Source of the DNA: Anolis carolinensis
Lineage: Eukaryota
Direction of reading: 5' to 3'
Assembly (NCBI RefSeq): GCF_035594765.1
Contig: NC_085843.1
Location: 195,463,971 to 195,527,970, forward strand
Length of the DNA: 64,000 nt
The translations under genes were made by a program, and so were the position numbers. A model generated the notes under the pieces. That model searched no databases. It was not told the origin of the DNA and saw nothing but the letters and a program-made list of their open reading frames with translations. Of the stretch, positions 23,266-36,149 are shown piece by piece; the first letter of the stretch is position 1, and each line of letters starts with the position of its first letter.

Positions 23266-24155
23266 TACAATGTTATAAGCTAGATTTGCAACTTCATAAA
23301 TTTTGCTACTCACGTTAACAGCTGTAGCCGCATTGCAATAACTGCAAATGCTTCCCCAAAACCTATCTTAGATACCAGGCAGACATACAGACTAAGGATA
23401 TCTGAGATTGTAGTGGTTGGGACACTGAAAAATGATGTGTCCAGACCGCCCTCCCTCCCAACACGCACACACACACATACAATTGCATGTCATGGCAGAT
23501 CTTGTTTCACCTGTGGGTCACACCATGGCTTGTTGAGCGGGGGGCTGGATATGTCATCCTACAACACCCTGGTTGCCAATGCCTCAGAACACCTTGGTTG
23601 GGGTAGGTAAGTCAGAAGCAAGGCCATGTCCCTATTGCCCGTCAGTGTGATTACTCCTAATGGACAAACAGACAGGGCTCATGTCAAAGCTTCTTAACTT
23701 CAGGAAGGTTTTTACAGGCACAAGCATCAGGAACTACAACTAACCCAATATGGTCATTTCAGAAGAAGCATTGATTATAACAAACATGGCAACATAGCTT
23801 CCTAGTAAAAACTGAATTAGCTAAGCTAGTCTCTTACATCTTGCTAGCTCCAGAGCATCTTGACCCAAAGAGTTGCAAAGTTTAATTGAGGGAATGAAGA
23901 CAGATGGGCCTCTTCAGCATGCTACTCTGACATATGGCCACTTATGAACACAAAGATCTTTGTAAGAACTGCAGTAGAGACACGCAAGTAATATAAGTAG
24001 GGGGGAACATTGTTCCTAGCATGGTAATAAATAATCAAATAACCAGCACACAGACAGAGGTGAGCGATTCAGACTGAAGGTGAGTCAGAACCATAGAATC
24101 ACAGACCACATAGGCAATTTAGTCCAAGCCCCTACCATGCAAGAAAAACACTAAT

Positions 24156-24298
24156 ACGCTCCATGCAATCATGCCGGCCACATGACCTTGGAGGTGTCTA
24201 CGGACAACGCCGGCTCTTCGGCTTAGAAATTGAGATGAGCACCAACCCCCAGAGTCAGACATGACTGGACTTAACGTCAAGAAAAACCTTTACCTTAC
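24156..24298 (+). mobile_element. Sauria SINE 3' fragment, adjacent to a CR1-tail remnant at ~24088-24150
   Basis: Homologous to other Sauria copies, ACCTTT tail. Confidence 0.88.
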
Positions 24299-26139
24299 TT
24301 AAAATACTTATGAAAGGTGTGGCCCTTAATTCAATCCAATCCCTACGTTCCATGTCTTCATTCCAATGGTAATAGAAACCTGAAGCTACCTTCCTTCCAA
24401 AAATTCCTGCAGAGTATATACTTTTATTTACAAAGTTTTACTAACCCACAAATATACTGGCTACTTGTCAAGTTCCTCCAAAATCAATACCATTGCTGGA
24501 AAGCTTGCAGATTGATGCTGCCTGTGGTGTAAACATATAACAAAGCCAGCTTCTCAACAGCAAATTAGCTACATTTCTTCAGCTGTCAGCATCTTTTTGA
24601 AGTCGAATAGGATTTGATGGCCTTTGTCTTGAAAAGTCTGTATGCATTATAAAGCTCAGAATAGACTTATGTAAATTATTGATTTCACACACACACACAA
24701 ACCTCAGCAGGACTGGCATTTGATGGCTATATGGTATGATTTGGGCATGCAATTTCATATCATTACTGTTAATGCTCAAAAGACTGAGCAGCTTGCTGTT
24801 GTGCACAATGCTAAACTATTTTGCGTGAGAATTCCCTATTCAAATACTGGGCAAATTATCATTATGCTCAGTGCCAGACGATTGTTCATTATCTATCTCC
24901 ATTGAAATCGCTAACCAGCTTGCTTTTGTCCATGTTGTCAGGCCATTATGCATCCTCTCCAGGCTGTGAAATTACTTAAGGGCTCAACTGTGCACTCTGT
25001 TAAATACAAAGAGTGCAGCTGAGTTGCATTTTCTTTTTTTTAATCTGAAGTAACTGTGGGAGGAAGGTGATCCTGATAAGGGCAACTGAAATGGGAAGGG
25101 AAAGCTAAAATCTGCTCACAACCACTGTCCCATCACCCCTCACAATCATCCCTTTAGTGTGCAGGCTAAAAAGCACCAAAATGTTCAAATGGCATAAATG
25201 GAGTTTGAATTTATTTTAGACACCCCCTTCCAATGTGTGCATCAAAGGAAGTGCACTAACCATAAGGAAAGTTTGCATTCTGGATTGGTTCCACGTCTAT
25301 TTATTTTGCAAGAAGGAAGAAAAGCAGCTCACTGCATGCTACACATACAATACAGTTTATCCTTATATTCCATAATATCCCACAAAACATATCACCATTA
25401 TCTGAGGTTCAATGTTTGAAAATCTAGTTCTACATTTGAACTATTTACAACTCTGCTGTTTTTGTCTCACAATAACAGAGTTCACAGTTTTTGATTCTTC
25501 CTTGATAAAATAACACCTTCAAATTTGCTTTCTATATTTTTCTCTAACATAATTTCTCTTTCTTTTTTTGAAAATAGCTGTTTAAAACATTTTAAGGAAG
25601 GGAGTAAACACTTAGCAGATACATTTGTTTCAACAACCTACACTCTTTCCTCCTCTTCTCTAAGGCACACTAGTTTGTTATGGGGTAGCTGTTTTGCAGA
25701 ACGCTTTAAACAGCGTACATAATAGAGTTGCAATAATTACATGGTGAAAGGGAAATGAATAGGGCTCTTTTGGATACTGACAAGGAGACGAAGTATGTTT
25801 TCATGTGAAATTTCAATGAAAAAAGAGAATTGCTGAAGCAGGGAAATTAAATTGTGCTGGAAAGAAGAATAGAGATGAAGATGGTTCCACATCATGAGCA
25901 AAGTGATATATGACTATATACTCCAGATGTTGTTGAATTGCATATTCCCGCAGCCCCAGTCTGCATAGTCAATGGTGAAGAATGCTGGAAGTTGCAATTC
26001 AACAAAATCTTATGTACATACTACTTGATCCTTCTGCTTCTCAACTGAGCGAAGTGAGGGAATGATTTTCTAGCAGTAGATACTATGGGGGTCAAAAGGA
26101 TGCACAAGAGGACAATAATAATTATTATTACTATTATTA

Positions 26140-26472
26140 AGGCCCCGGTGGTGGCGAAGTGTGTTAAAGCGCTGAGCTGCTGAACTTGCAGACCGAAAGG
26201 TCCCAGGTTCAAATCCCAGGAGCGGAATGAGCGCCTGCTGTTAGCCCCAGCTCCTGCCAACCTAGCAGTTCGAAAACATGCAAATGTGAGTAGATCAATA
26301 GGTACCGCTTCAGCGGGAAGGTCACGACGCTCCATGCAGTCATGCCGGCCACATGACCTTGGAGGTGTCTACAGACAACGCCGGCTCTTTGTCTTAGAAA
26401 TGGAGATGAGCACAAACCCCCAGAGTCGGTCACGAGTGGACTTAACGTCAGGGGAAAACCTTTACCTTTACC
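26140..26472 (+). mobile_element. Sauria SINE, full length
   Basis: Head, box B GGTTCAAATCC, ACCTTT tail; followed by (TTA)n 26473-26519. Confidence 0.93.
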
Positions 26473-26523
<51 letters not shown>

Positions 26524-27000
26524 ACTGCAAAAGTAATGGAAAATGAGCACGCAAAGATACTGTGGGACTTCCAAATCCAAACTGACAAAGTTCTGGAACA
26601 CAACACACCAGACATCACAGTTGTGGAAAAGAAAAAGGTTTGGATCATTGATGTCACCATCCCAGGTGACAGTCGCATTGACGAAAAACAACAGGAAAAA
26701 CTCAGCCGCTATCAGGATCTCAAGATTGAACTTCAAAGACTCTGGCAGAAACCAGTGCAGGTGGTCCCGGTGGTGATCAGCACATTGGGTGCCATGCCAA
26801 AAGATCTCAGCCGGCATTTGGAAACAATAGACATTGACAAAATCACGCTCTGCCAACTGCAAAAGGCCACCCTACTGGGATCTGCATGCATCATCCGAAA
26901 ATACATCACACAGTCCTAGACACTTGGGAAGTGTTCGACTTGTGATTTTGTGATATGAAATCCAGAATATCTATCTTGTTTGCTGTGTCATAATAAAATA
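26524..27000 (+). mobile_element. R4/Dong-clade non-LTR retrotransposon 3' fragment (restriction-like endonuclease domain)
   Basis: ORF 26536-26919: ILWDFQIQTD..HNTPDITVV..KVWIIDVTIPGD...EKLSRYQDL, PD-(D/E)xK RLE domain; AT-rich repeat flanks. Confidence 0.88.
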
Positions 27001-27024
27001 AAATAACAACAACAACAACAACAA

Positions 27025-27200
27025 CTTTATTTTTGTACCCCGCCTCCATCTCCCCAAGGGGACTTTGAGCAGCTTACATGGGGACGAGCCCGGTCAACAT
27101 CTTAAAACATAAACACAATAAAATACATGCACAATATCATAAAACAATTATAACAGCATAGCAGTTGTGACAAAATAAAAACTATCTTGAACCAACAACC
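27025..27200 (-). mobile_element. L2-type 3' end remnant
   Basis: CCCGCCTCCATCTCCCCAAGGGGACT...GCTTACA motif. Confidence 0.6.
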
Positions 27201-28194
27201 AATGAGCCTGAAATAAAGTCCATTTCTAGGAATGGATGGGCGGGCTAGTACAATTCACTTTTGCGAATAGGGCTAATAAATAAAGTGCATAAGTTATGAC
27301 TGTCCAATACTACTTAACTCCCTTATACTCGGGTGCAATGAAAGACACTGCTCCATTAGCAACGTTGAAGTTAGTATTACTTTGATCAACTTCTGTATGT
27401 TGAACTGAACAGCACCCTGTTTTATCTTTTGCTCCAGGCAGAAAATATTTTGAGCTAGCCAGATAGCTTTGAATAGGCTTTTGTATTTGCGTATATGACT
27501 CTCTCCCAAAAGAGAGTCAAACACAATTTACCCCTGACCTTTATGTTCATAATAACAGAGTAGCAAAATGTCCCTATGTTCTCAGCTGCCCTACCTTCAA
27601 TCTCCTATGACTATAGATCAGTATCATCTGGAACAGCTGCACTGTCAGCTCTTTCTCTCCACCACAATTGAAGATATGATGAAGCCATAAGCGCCTTATG
27701 ACGAAGTCTGTTTTTGCCTTTTCTCTTTTCCTATCTTTATCCTTCTCTACATTTTGTAACACTTTGACGGATATGGCTATCTCAAAATCTGGCATGACCC
27801 TTTTGCGATTTTGGCAATGAGGTTAGCCTCATAAAGGACATTACCATAATACAGAATTTGCTTTATGGTCAACACAGCTGCCTTTCTGTGCCATACCTGC
27901 CAAGAGACTAAAGGCCCATTCAAGCATGTGCTGCACAAATGAGATCTACAGCTGGGTCCTCTTGCATTTCAACTCCCTCATCCTCATACCTTACTCACAT
28001 GCAATTTCAAAGGATAAAGGGATTTTTTTACATACCTTAACTTGAATAAAACTAGAAAGCCTGATAACAGATACATGTCGAGATCCTGTTTTATTATGGT
28101 CTTAAGTCACACTCTGAAATCTCCTCTGAACAAATATTGTCAAGAAGACCATGTGATTTGTCTTAGAGTTGCCATAGTTGAAAATGGCATAAAG

Positions 28195-28329
28195 CAGTGC
28201 TTCTCAACCTGTGGGTCCCCAGACGTTTTGGCCCTCAACTCCCAGAAATCATAACAGCTGGTAAACTGGCTGGGATTTCTGAGAGTTATAGGCCAAAACA
28301 CCTGGGGACCCACAGGTTGACAACCGCTG
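28195..28329. mobile_element. hAT MITE (135 bp, SPIN-like TIR)
   Basis: TIR CAGTGCTTCTCAACCTGTGGGTCCCCAG; perfect 8-bp TSD GCATAAAG (28187-28194/28330-28337). Confidence 0.92.
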
Positions 28330-29141
28330 GCATAAAGAGACACAACAACGAGATACCATGTGGACTATTTGGTGCCCACTGTGTTAAGAGGAAGTCAATA
28401 TTCTGCCTTTTGAGTTACTCACTGGAGTTGCCTCTCCTTGACAGCATTTGTAGAGAGAACAAGAGCCCCTTCACACTAGACAGACATCGATAGTGCTATG
28501 ACTCAACTATATTACAAAGAAGTGGAAGAGCCATCTTAGATATCTGTGAGGTTTCCCCAAGTGAGATAACAGGCAGGACAGCTAGGAGATATAGTAGTGC
28601 TGTATGGGGTAGTGCCAAAGGCAAGCAAGATGTGATATGCATGTATATGCTCAAAATATCCACTCAATATAACACTACATGTAGTGCCTTCCCCAAGTTC
28701 AGCACAGTAGGTTTTTCTCCTTTTGAGAGCCTCCCCTGCTGAACCATAAAAACAAACAACTGAAAGGCAGCTGATGTTCAATTTTGAACTGACCTTCAAT
28801 TGACCTAACACTGCTTTCTAAACTCCAAATGTTGTATTTTATCCCTAGTTTGTTCAGTACTCTGAGCATCAATGAGAATTCAACGGATCTGAAAAGTAAA
28901 TCAGTGAAAATTATTCAAACCTATAGCTTCTGTATTTTCTGTATTAATATTTCTCAGTAACATTTCCTGCCCTTTTTCTTTGGATGTCTAAATTGTATTT
29001 CTAAATAGTTAAAGGAAGGATTAAGATACTGCAATGCTAGAAATGTGAGGACCCAAAATGAAACCATATTAATTCTCCAGTGTAGATGCAGATTTTGAAT
29101 GTGAAAATCTAAGGCTAAATCCACACCTGTACATTTTGATC

Positions 29142-29620
29142 TTATTTATTATTATTTACAGTATTTATATTCCGCCCTTCTCACCCCGAAGGGGACTCAG
29201 GGCGGATTACAATGAACACATATATGGCAAACATTCAATGCCAACAGACAAACCACATTCAGTTTTAGACAGACACAGAGGCATTTTTAACAGCTTTCCA
29301 GCTTCACGATTCCGGCCACAGGGGGAGCTGTTGCTTCACCGTCCATTGGTGGCTGTTCTTCCTCTTCTTTTCCTCGTGAGCAGTTTTATGGTGTTGTAGA
29401 TTAGTTAAATTAGCCTCCCGCATAAAGCGTCCCTAAATTTTCCCTACTTGACAGATGCAACTGTCTTTCGGGGCTGCTAGGTCAACAGCAAGCCGGGGCT
29501 ATATATATATTTTTTTATGGTCGGAGGCTTAACCCGACCCGGGCTTCGAACTCATGACCTCTCGGTCAGTAGTGATTTATAGCAGCTGGTTACTAGCCAG
29601 CTGTGCCACAGCCCGGCCCC
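29142..29620 (-). mobile_element. tRNA-derived SINE with L2-type tail (Anolis SINE 2-like)
   Basis: Minus strand box A TGGCACAGCTGG, box B GAGTTCGAAGCC; L2-like 3' stem-loop and A-rich tail. Confidence 0.8.
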
Positions 29621-29663
29621 CTTACCTCCATCCTGATCCTGTTTAAACTCACAACCTCTCTCT

Positions 29664-29927
29664 GGAGCCTCCGGTGGCCTAGGGGATAAAAGCCTTGTGA
29701 CTTGAAGGTTGGGTTGCTGACCTGAAAGCTGCCAGGTTCAAATCCCACCCGGGGAGAGCGTGGATGAGCTCCCTCTATCAGCTCCAGCTCCATGCGGGGA
29801 TATGAGAGAAGCCTCCCACAAGGATGGTAAAACATCCAAACATCCGGGCGTCCCCTAGGCAACGTCCTTGCAGATGGCCAATTCTCTCACTCCAGAAGCA
29901 ACTCCGGTTGCTCCTGACACGAAAAAA
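29664..29927 (+). mobile_element. tRNA-derived SINE with Vingi-like tail
   Basis: TSD AAACTCACAACCT (29645-29657/29928-29940). Confidence 0.92.
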
Positions 29928-30239
29928 AAACTCACAACCTGAGGAGGCAGATTGGATTGGATATGTGTTGTAGGACTGAAAGGTTTAGTCAGGTTGGAAG
30001 AAGTAAAGGGATGCCTTTGTGACACACATTCTGTTCATGCAGACAAATGGAGTGACTTGAGGTGTGCCATAACCATTAATCTTGTGGAAAGATGATGTAG
30101 GGAATGTCAACTGTTATGGCCTAAACTGAATCAGGAAACAATTCTCCCGAGAGATGGACACATGCATGTGCACAGGATGGAGAAGTCATGGGGTTACAAA
30201 GGGAAAAGGAAATGGGGCAAGAGAGCCATCCAGTGGGAA

Positions 30240-30475
30240 TGCTTCTGGAGTGAGAGAATTGGCTGTCTGTAAGGACGTTGCCCAGGGGATGCCCGGATGT
30301 TTTGATGTTTTTACCATCCTTGTGGGAGGCTTCTCTGATGTCCCCGCATGGAGCTTGAGCTGATAGAGGGAGCTCATCCGCACTCTCCCCGGATGGGATT
30401 CGAACCTGGCAGCCTTCAGGTCAGCAACCCAACCTTCAAATCACAAGGATTTAATTCACTAGGCCCGGGGGCTCC
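30240..30475 (-). mobile_element. tRNA-derived SINE (Vingi-partner family), tail missing
   Basis: Homologous to 29664-29927. Confidence 0.85.
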
Positions 30476-30744
30476 TAGTTTGGATTAAAATGGGTGAATG
30501 ACGTTAACAATATTATGCACTGAAGGTGAATGCAGCCCTCGTGTGGATTCAGATGGAGAAAAAGTTGTCTTGCATATTTTAAGACCCAATTTAACAAGGA
30601 AGGATCAGCAGAAGAACAAAGCCTGCATCTTCTAAGCTTGCAGTGAGATGATATTCTCACTTTCTAGAGCCACAGATCTACTGATATATTTTTTCCAAAA
30701 GTACATGCCAGTTAGCCTGTGAAAATAAACCATTGTAATAAGAC

Positions 30745-30960
30745 CTTGCCTTCAAGTTGTTTCTGACTTATGGCCACTCTACAGAAAACTTACCATGGGG
30801 TTTTTGTGGCAAGATTTGTTCAGAGGCAGGTAAAAATTACCATCCTTGGAGGCTCAAAGAGTATGATTTGCCAAAAGTTGGCCAGTGCATTTCCATGGCT
30901 GAACAGACTTGTCTCCAAAGTCTCCAGAGTCATAGTTCAGTGTTCAAACCACTATGCATT
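30745..30960 (-). mobile_element. Old CORE-type SINE
   Basis: Homologous to 39519-39707. Confidence 0.6.
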
Positions 30961-31131
30961 TCTTTAATCAGGGCAATGGTAAATATTGTCTCAGAACTTG
31001 AATACCTTTTCTGAGGATCGAGGCTGAAGCAATATTGATTTCAAGTGGGAAAGCAGATGAGTTGAACAAGCAAATATTTTGGCAATGGTAGCCAGACTAA
31101 TGTAGGTTCTTAGCACTCTGGGGGTTACCAG

Positions 31132-31938
31132 CAGAGGCGGTCCAACCATAAGGCGAAATAGGCATTTGCCTGTGGCGCCATCGTCCCGGGGGCACCATCG
31201 TCCTGGGAGGAGGGCACCACTCTCCACCTCCTTCTCTTTCGGGCCTTCCAGCAGCCGCACTGGGCCTTCCGGCCGGCGCAGATCCACCTTCGCACCACGC
31301 AAGCCCACCTTTGGGGCCTTCAGAGATTGTGAGGTCTGTAGGAACTTGGAAGCTAGGTATGTGGGGTTTATATATCTGTAGAAGGTCCAGGGTGGGAGAA
31401 AGAACTTTTCTTTGAAGCAGGTGTGAATGTTGTAATTAATTACCTTGATTAGCATTTAATGGCCATGTGGCTTCAAGACCTGGCTTCTTCTTGCCTGGGA
31501 GAATCTTTTTTTGGGAGGAGTTAGCTGTCCCTGATTGTTTACTGTCTGGATTTCTTCTGTTTTCAGAGTGTTGTTCTTTATTTATTGTACTGATTTTAGA
31601 GGTTTTTTTTTAATACTGAGGGCTATCTGGGTTATCTAAGTTCACACTGCCCTATATCCCTGTTCAATGTTTAGTGTTAAATTTGCAAATATAGTAATTC
31701 CTACATAACATGACCATGTATTGAACTGCTTTTTCTATTGATTTGTTGTAAAACATGATGTTTTGGTGCTTAATTTTTAAAATCATAATGTAATTTGATG
31801 TTTTATAGGCTTTTCCTTTATACTTCCTTATTATCCAACATTTTCGCTTATCCAACGCTTTTATTTTTCAGTGATTGGTTTGGGGGGGCGCCAAAATTCT
31901 GTTCGCCTACACTTGAAAAATACCTAGGGCCGGCTCTG
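31132..31938. mobile_element. Composite non-autonomous hAT element carrying Penelope and mariner-MITE fragments
   Basis: Termini CAGAGGCGG/CCGGCTCTG, perfect 8-bp TSD GTTACCAG (31124-31131/31939-31946); Penelope piece ~31320-31617, MITE piece ~31670-31858. Confidence 0.85.
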
Positions 31939-33703
31939 GTTACCAGCAATGTTTTCAGTAATGGGATATGGAGAAGACAATAGGAAAATCATTAAGTTTC
32001 AGCTTGTTTGGGAAAAGAACAAAAAGTTCTACAGGACTATAAACTACAATGGATACGAAAGCTCAAATGTTCCAACACTATCTAGATTTGTCATCATCCC
32101 AAAAGGAAGATACTTCCAAATTATTAGAAGCACTGCAAAATTATTTTCACTTACCAAAAAAGCACATACAGACGTTCAAATGCAGTGATGGCAAACTTTT
32201 TCCCACTGTGATGGAAGGCGGCTGAAGACATTGTCCTGCTATGCTCTCATCATCAGCATTCATAACTGTCCAACAACATGCTAGCGTTTCTATTTTTAAA
32301 TACTGTTACATGAATGAAGATTCCCCTTCAGATTCCACAGTAATGCCATTAGTCTAGAGCAGTTCGTCCATAAAATCAAGTTTGAAGAAAAAAAATGACA
32401 TGCTAAGAAAGTAGTAATAGGCCCACACTGGGGCAGTGGTAGGGGTAGTTGTAATGTCTACAAATTATATTATATGAAGAATCTGCTAGGATGCAAAACC
32501 TGTAAACTCTCAGGTATGACAATGTTCTCAAGTCACTGGAACTCATGTTTGATCCTAAAGCATCTTCAGTGTATGCTACTCAGCTTGCATCATTATCTTT
32601 TAGACATATGATACAAAATGGGACTGAGGTTTTTTTTAGCAGAATTCCAGTCTAATGTTGTCCCAGTAAATACATATCGATAGCTTAACCTCTGAAATAT
32701 AGAATTGAAGCAAAAGAAAACTACAAGAGGAAACAGAAGGTATTAATTAAGCCAACCACATACCCGCCTCTTAGCAAAGCTCTTGAAGAATCCATGCAAC
32801 CATATTACAAGACAATGACTTTCAAGTCTGTCATTTAGTAGAATGGCTAGACATCCAGGAAGAAATTCTTGAGCATTTTGGAACAATTGTGATGAACATT
32901 GTTCAAGATGGCACCATATTTAAAGGGCAATGGATGCTTTGTGGTTATGCTAATATGGAAAACATGTTTTGAGTTTCTTTTCGGGAGAAAAGCAGAATAT
33001 AAATTGAATAAATAAATCAATGTGAGGAAAGCTAGAGAAGTACTATAGTGACCAAAGAAGACTAATGAATTCTGAAAACTTGTTACCCTGTATGATGCAC
33101 ATACAAAACACATATCAAAAGTACTAATGTACAGCATTCCTGATCGGTCTTGGAGAAACATGGGGAATAAACTCTTTATGACTTTATTTTGCCCACTTTT
33201 CAGATGCTACAGAATGTGCAGCAGAAAGGGAAAATGAGAAAACATGAACCACATGAGCAGCGTTGACATGGTATATTTTGTGATTTTAAACGGTTGACAA
33301 CCATATGATAGTAAAGGATTTGCTCAAATATTGGGAGTGTGAACTTTAAATAATCTTTTTCAAATGAGTTGCAACAGTAAAGCTGATATACACTTACATA
33401 AGGCATTATTGTTCATCTCACAAACAGATCACAATTGTAATCAATCTTGAAACCAGCTCTCTAAAAAATCTCTCTTTTTTGCTGTTGAAATTCTGATTAA
33501 CACAATATTTTCCCTATATCTAATGTTTCATTATCCCTTTGGAATTCTAATATGGGATGAAGTAATGCAGTAAGTTCACTGTCTGTCTCCCTACTTTAAC
33601 TGTGTTGGGGTCCTTTCAGACTATTTATTTATTTACCTCATTTCTACCCCGTCTTTCTCTACCCCGCAGGGGACTCAAGGTGGCTTACATATGATAACTA
33701 TTA

Positions 33704-34029
33704 AAGGTAAAGGTTTCCCCTGACGTTAAGTCCAGTTATGTCTGATTCTGAGGGTTGGTGCTTATCTCCATTTCTAAGCCGAAGAGCCGGCGTTGTCCGT
33801 AGATACCTCCAAGGTCATGTGGCCGGCATGACTGCATGGAGCGCCATTACCTTCCTGCCGGAGCGGTACCTATTGATCTACTCACATTGGCATGTTTTCG
33901 AACTGCTAGGTTGGCAGAAGCTAGAGCTAACAGCAGGTGCTCACTCCGCTCCCAGGAATTGAACCTGCGATCTTTCAGTCTGCAAGTTCAGCAGCTCAGT
34001 ACTTTAACACAGTATGCCACCGGTGCTCC
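33704..34029 (-). mobile_element. Sauria SINE nested in an L2-type tail remnant (33624-34140)
   Basis: TSD AACTATTA (33696-33703/34036-34043). Confidence 0.9.
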
Positions 34030-34564
34030 TTAGGCAACTATTAGATGCCTTAAAACACATACAAACAGTAAGCTTAAATAATTGAATGAGAATTAGTACA
34101 CATTAAACATTTAAAAGCATTACATTCAATATTAAAATCATGCCATCCAAAAATCATAGTCCAAGACTATACTATGATTCCACTTTAAATGCCACAGCTA
34201 TTTCCAAGGGCATACTGGGCATGTAGTCTGGATACTACTATCCTTCCCTAAACTGCAAATCCAAAAATGTCATAAGATGGAACTATGGACCTCTTTACAT
34301 GGGCTATTTTTTGGCGATGACAACAGGTGTTTCGCAGTTGTGTCACAGTCCGATGGCTCTTATCACAACCTGGAGAAGTACTTCTGGGGTGGCTCCATGA
34401 CAAAGCAGCCAAAAAAACCCCTGTCACTGTCAAAAAGCAGATGGCAGAGAAAGATGGGAAGCATTCCATGTTTCTATTGAAATCTACTGGGTTTAATGGC
34501 TGCCTGACGCCCCCCCCCCCAATTATTCAAGAGTAGGAAATCTACAATAGTATGACTACATAGA

Positions 34565-34891
34565 AGGAACCCCGGTGGCGAAGTGCATTAGAGCGCTGAG
34601 CTGCTGAACTTGCAGACCGAAAGGTCCCAGGTTCAAATCCTGAGAGCGTCTTGAGCGCCCGCTGTTAGCTCCAGCTCCTGCCAACCTAGCAGTTCGAAAA
34701 CATGCAAATGTGAGTAGATCAATAAGTACCGCTCCGACGGGAAGGTAACGGAGCTCCATGCAGTCATGCCGGCCACATGACCTTGGAGGTGTCTACGGAC
34801 AACGCTGGCTCTTCGGCTTAGAAATGGAGATGAGCACCAACCCCCAGAGTCAGACATGACTGGACTTAACGTCAGGGGAAACCTTTACCTT
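34565..34891 (+). mobile_element. Sauria SINE, full length
   Basis: 14-bp TSD TATGACTACATAGA (34551-34564/34892-34905). Confidence 0.94.
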
Positions 34892-36149
34892 TATGACTAC
34901 ATAGAGACAAAAATAGCAATTTTAATCTGGGGGGATACTTACAAAGATGCCTTGGAAACGATTTAGCAGTTGCAGTATGCTCATGTTCAGAAGCTTTTTG
35001 TTTATTCATTTCTTTAAAAATCTGGAAACAGTGTTCAGGTTCATGCATGCAATTTCCAGCCACATGCATTGGCTTTTGTAAAAGTCACCCCATTTGTATG
35101 ACCAAGATATATGACCAGGTGTTCAGTTTCCCGAGTTTTCTGTATGAAGGGAAATAAAGATATTGTTCTTCCATTAATTATAGAAGACATGCTTTCTTTC
35201 ATAAATGCTTAGACAAAAAAATGAAAACTATAACACAACTAGAACAAATCAACGTAAAACTTGTGCAGGTAGATTTCACATTTCAAGTGCATAATTATTT
35301 GTGATCCTAATCAGCATATGCAAAAAAAATGCTTCTGAATAAAAAAAAATGTAACAAACAAACAATTAAGCATGGCAAGCTACTCTAAGAAATATTCCTT
35401 TCTTTCATCAAAACTAGCTGCCCTGTGGAATAACTTATGTCCAGTGGTTCCTTAGTAGCCTTGGCTCATACATTATGGAAAGCTCAGGTTGCAGAGAAAA
35501 TCACAGATCATTTGGGACAGAAATGGAGTAATGTTAGCTAAAGCTTGCAATCCCAGTCATGCTAAAGAGTCACTAAAGCAGTAAGTGTCCAATTATTTCT
35601 TCTAGACAAGGCATGTCCTTGGATAAAAGGGATTTGCATGGGGAAGATAAACCCTCTCAACATACTGCTGAGGTTAATGGACACATATATCAACAGAACT
35701 GCAAATTTATTCATTCAGTGATGCATCAGGCAGCCATAGACAAGGAAAGTCAAGAATATCCACATTTTTTCTTTCTTCAGTAAGAAAGGTTTCTTAACTT
35801 ACCGAGGCACCTTGTCAAGAAACAATCAACTTCCGACAAGATTTTTCTATCTTTTTTGTTTTCATTCCATTTCACACAAAGCATAGTTTGTGCAAAAATG
35901 TTGCCCAACAAAACCTTCACAAAATCTGTTCAAATAAATTCCAATAATCAAAGAAATTGGAAAAACTCTTGTAATAAATCAAGCCAGAAGGAAACTGAAT
36001 TTGCTTATTCTCACATACATGGAGCAAAATATGTGAAGATTTACATCTCAGCTTCAGCTATCATCTTGTCATAAATTGACAGGATTCTTCAACTGTTTAC
36101 CACACTGAGAGAGTCTGCACAATCTACACTGAAGCTTCAACTGCATACA

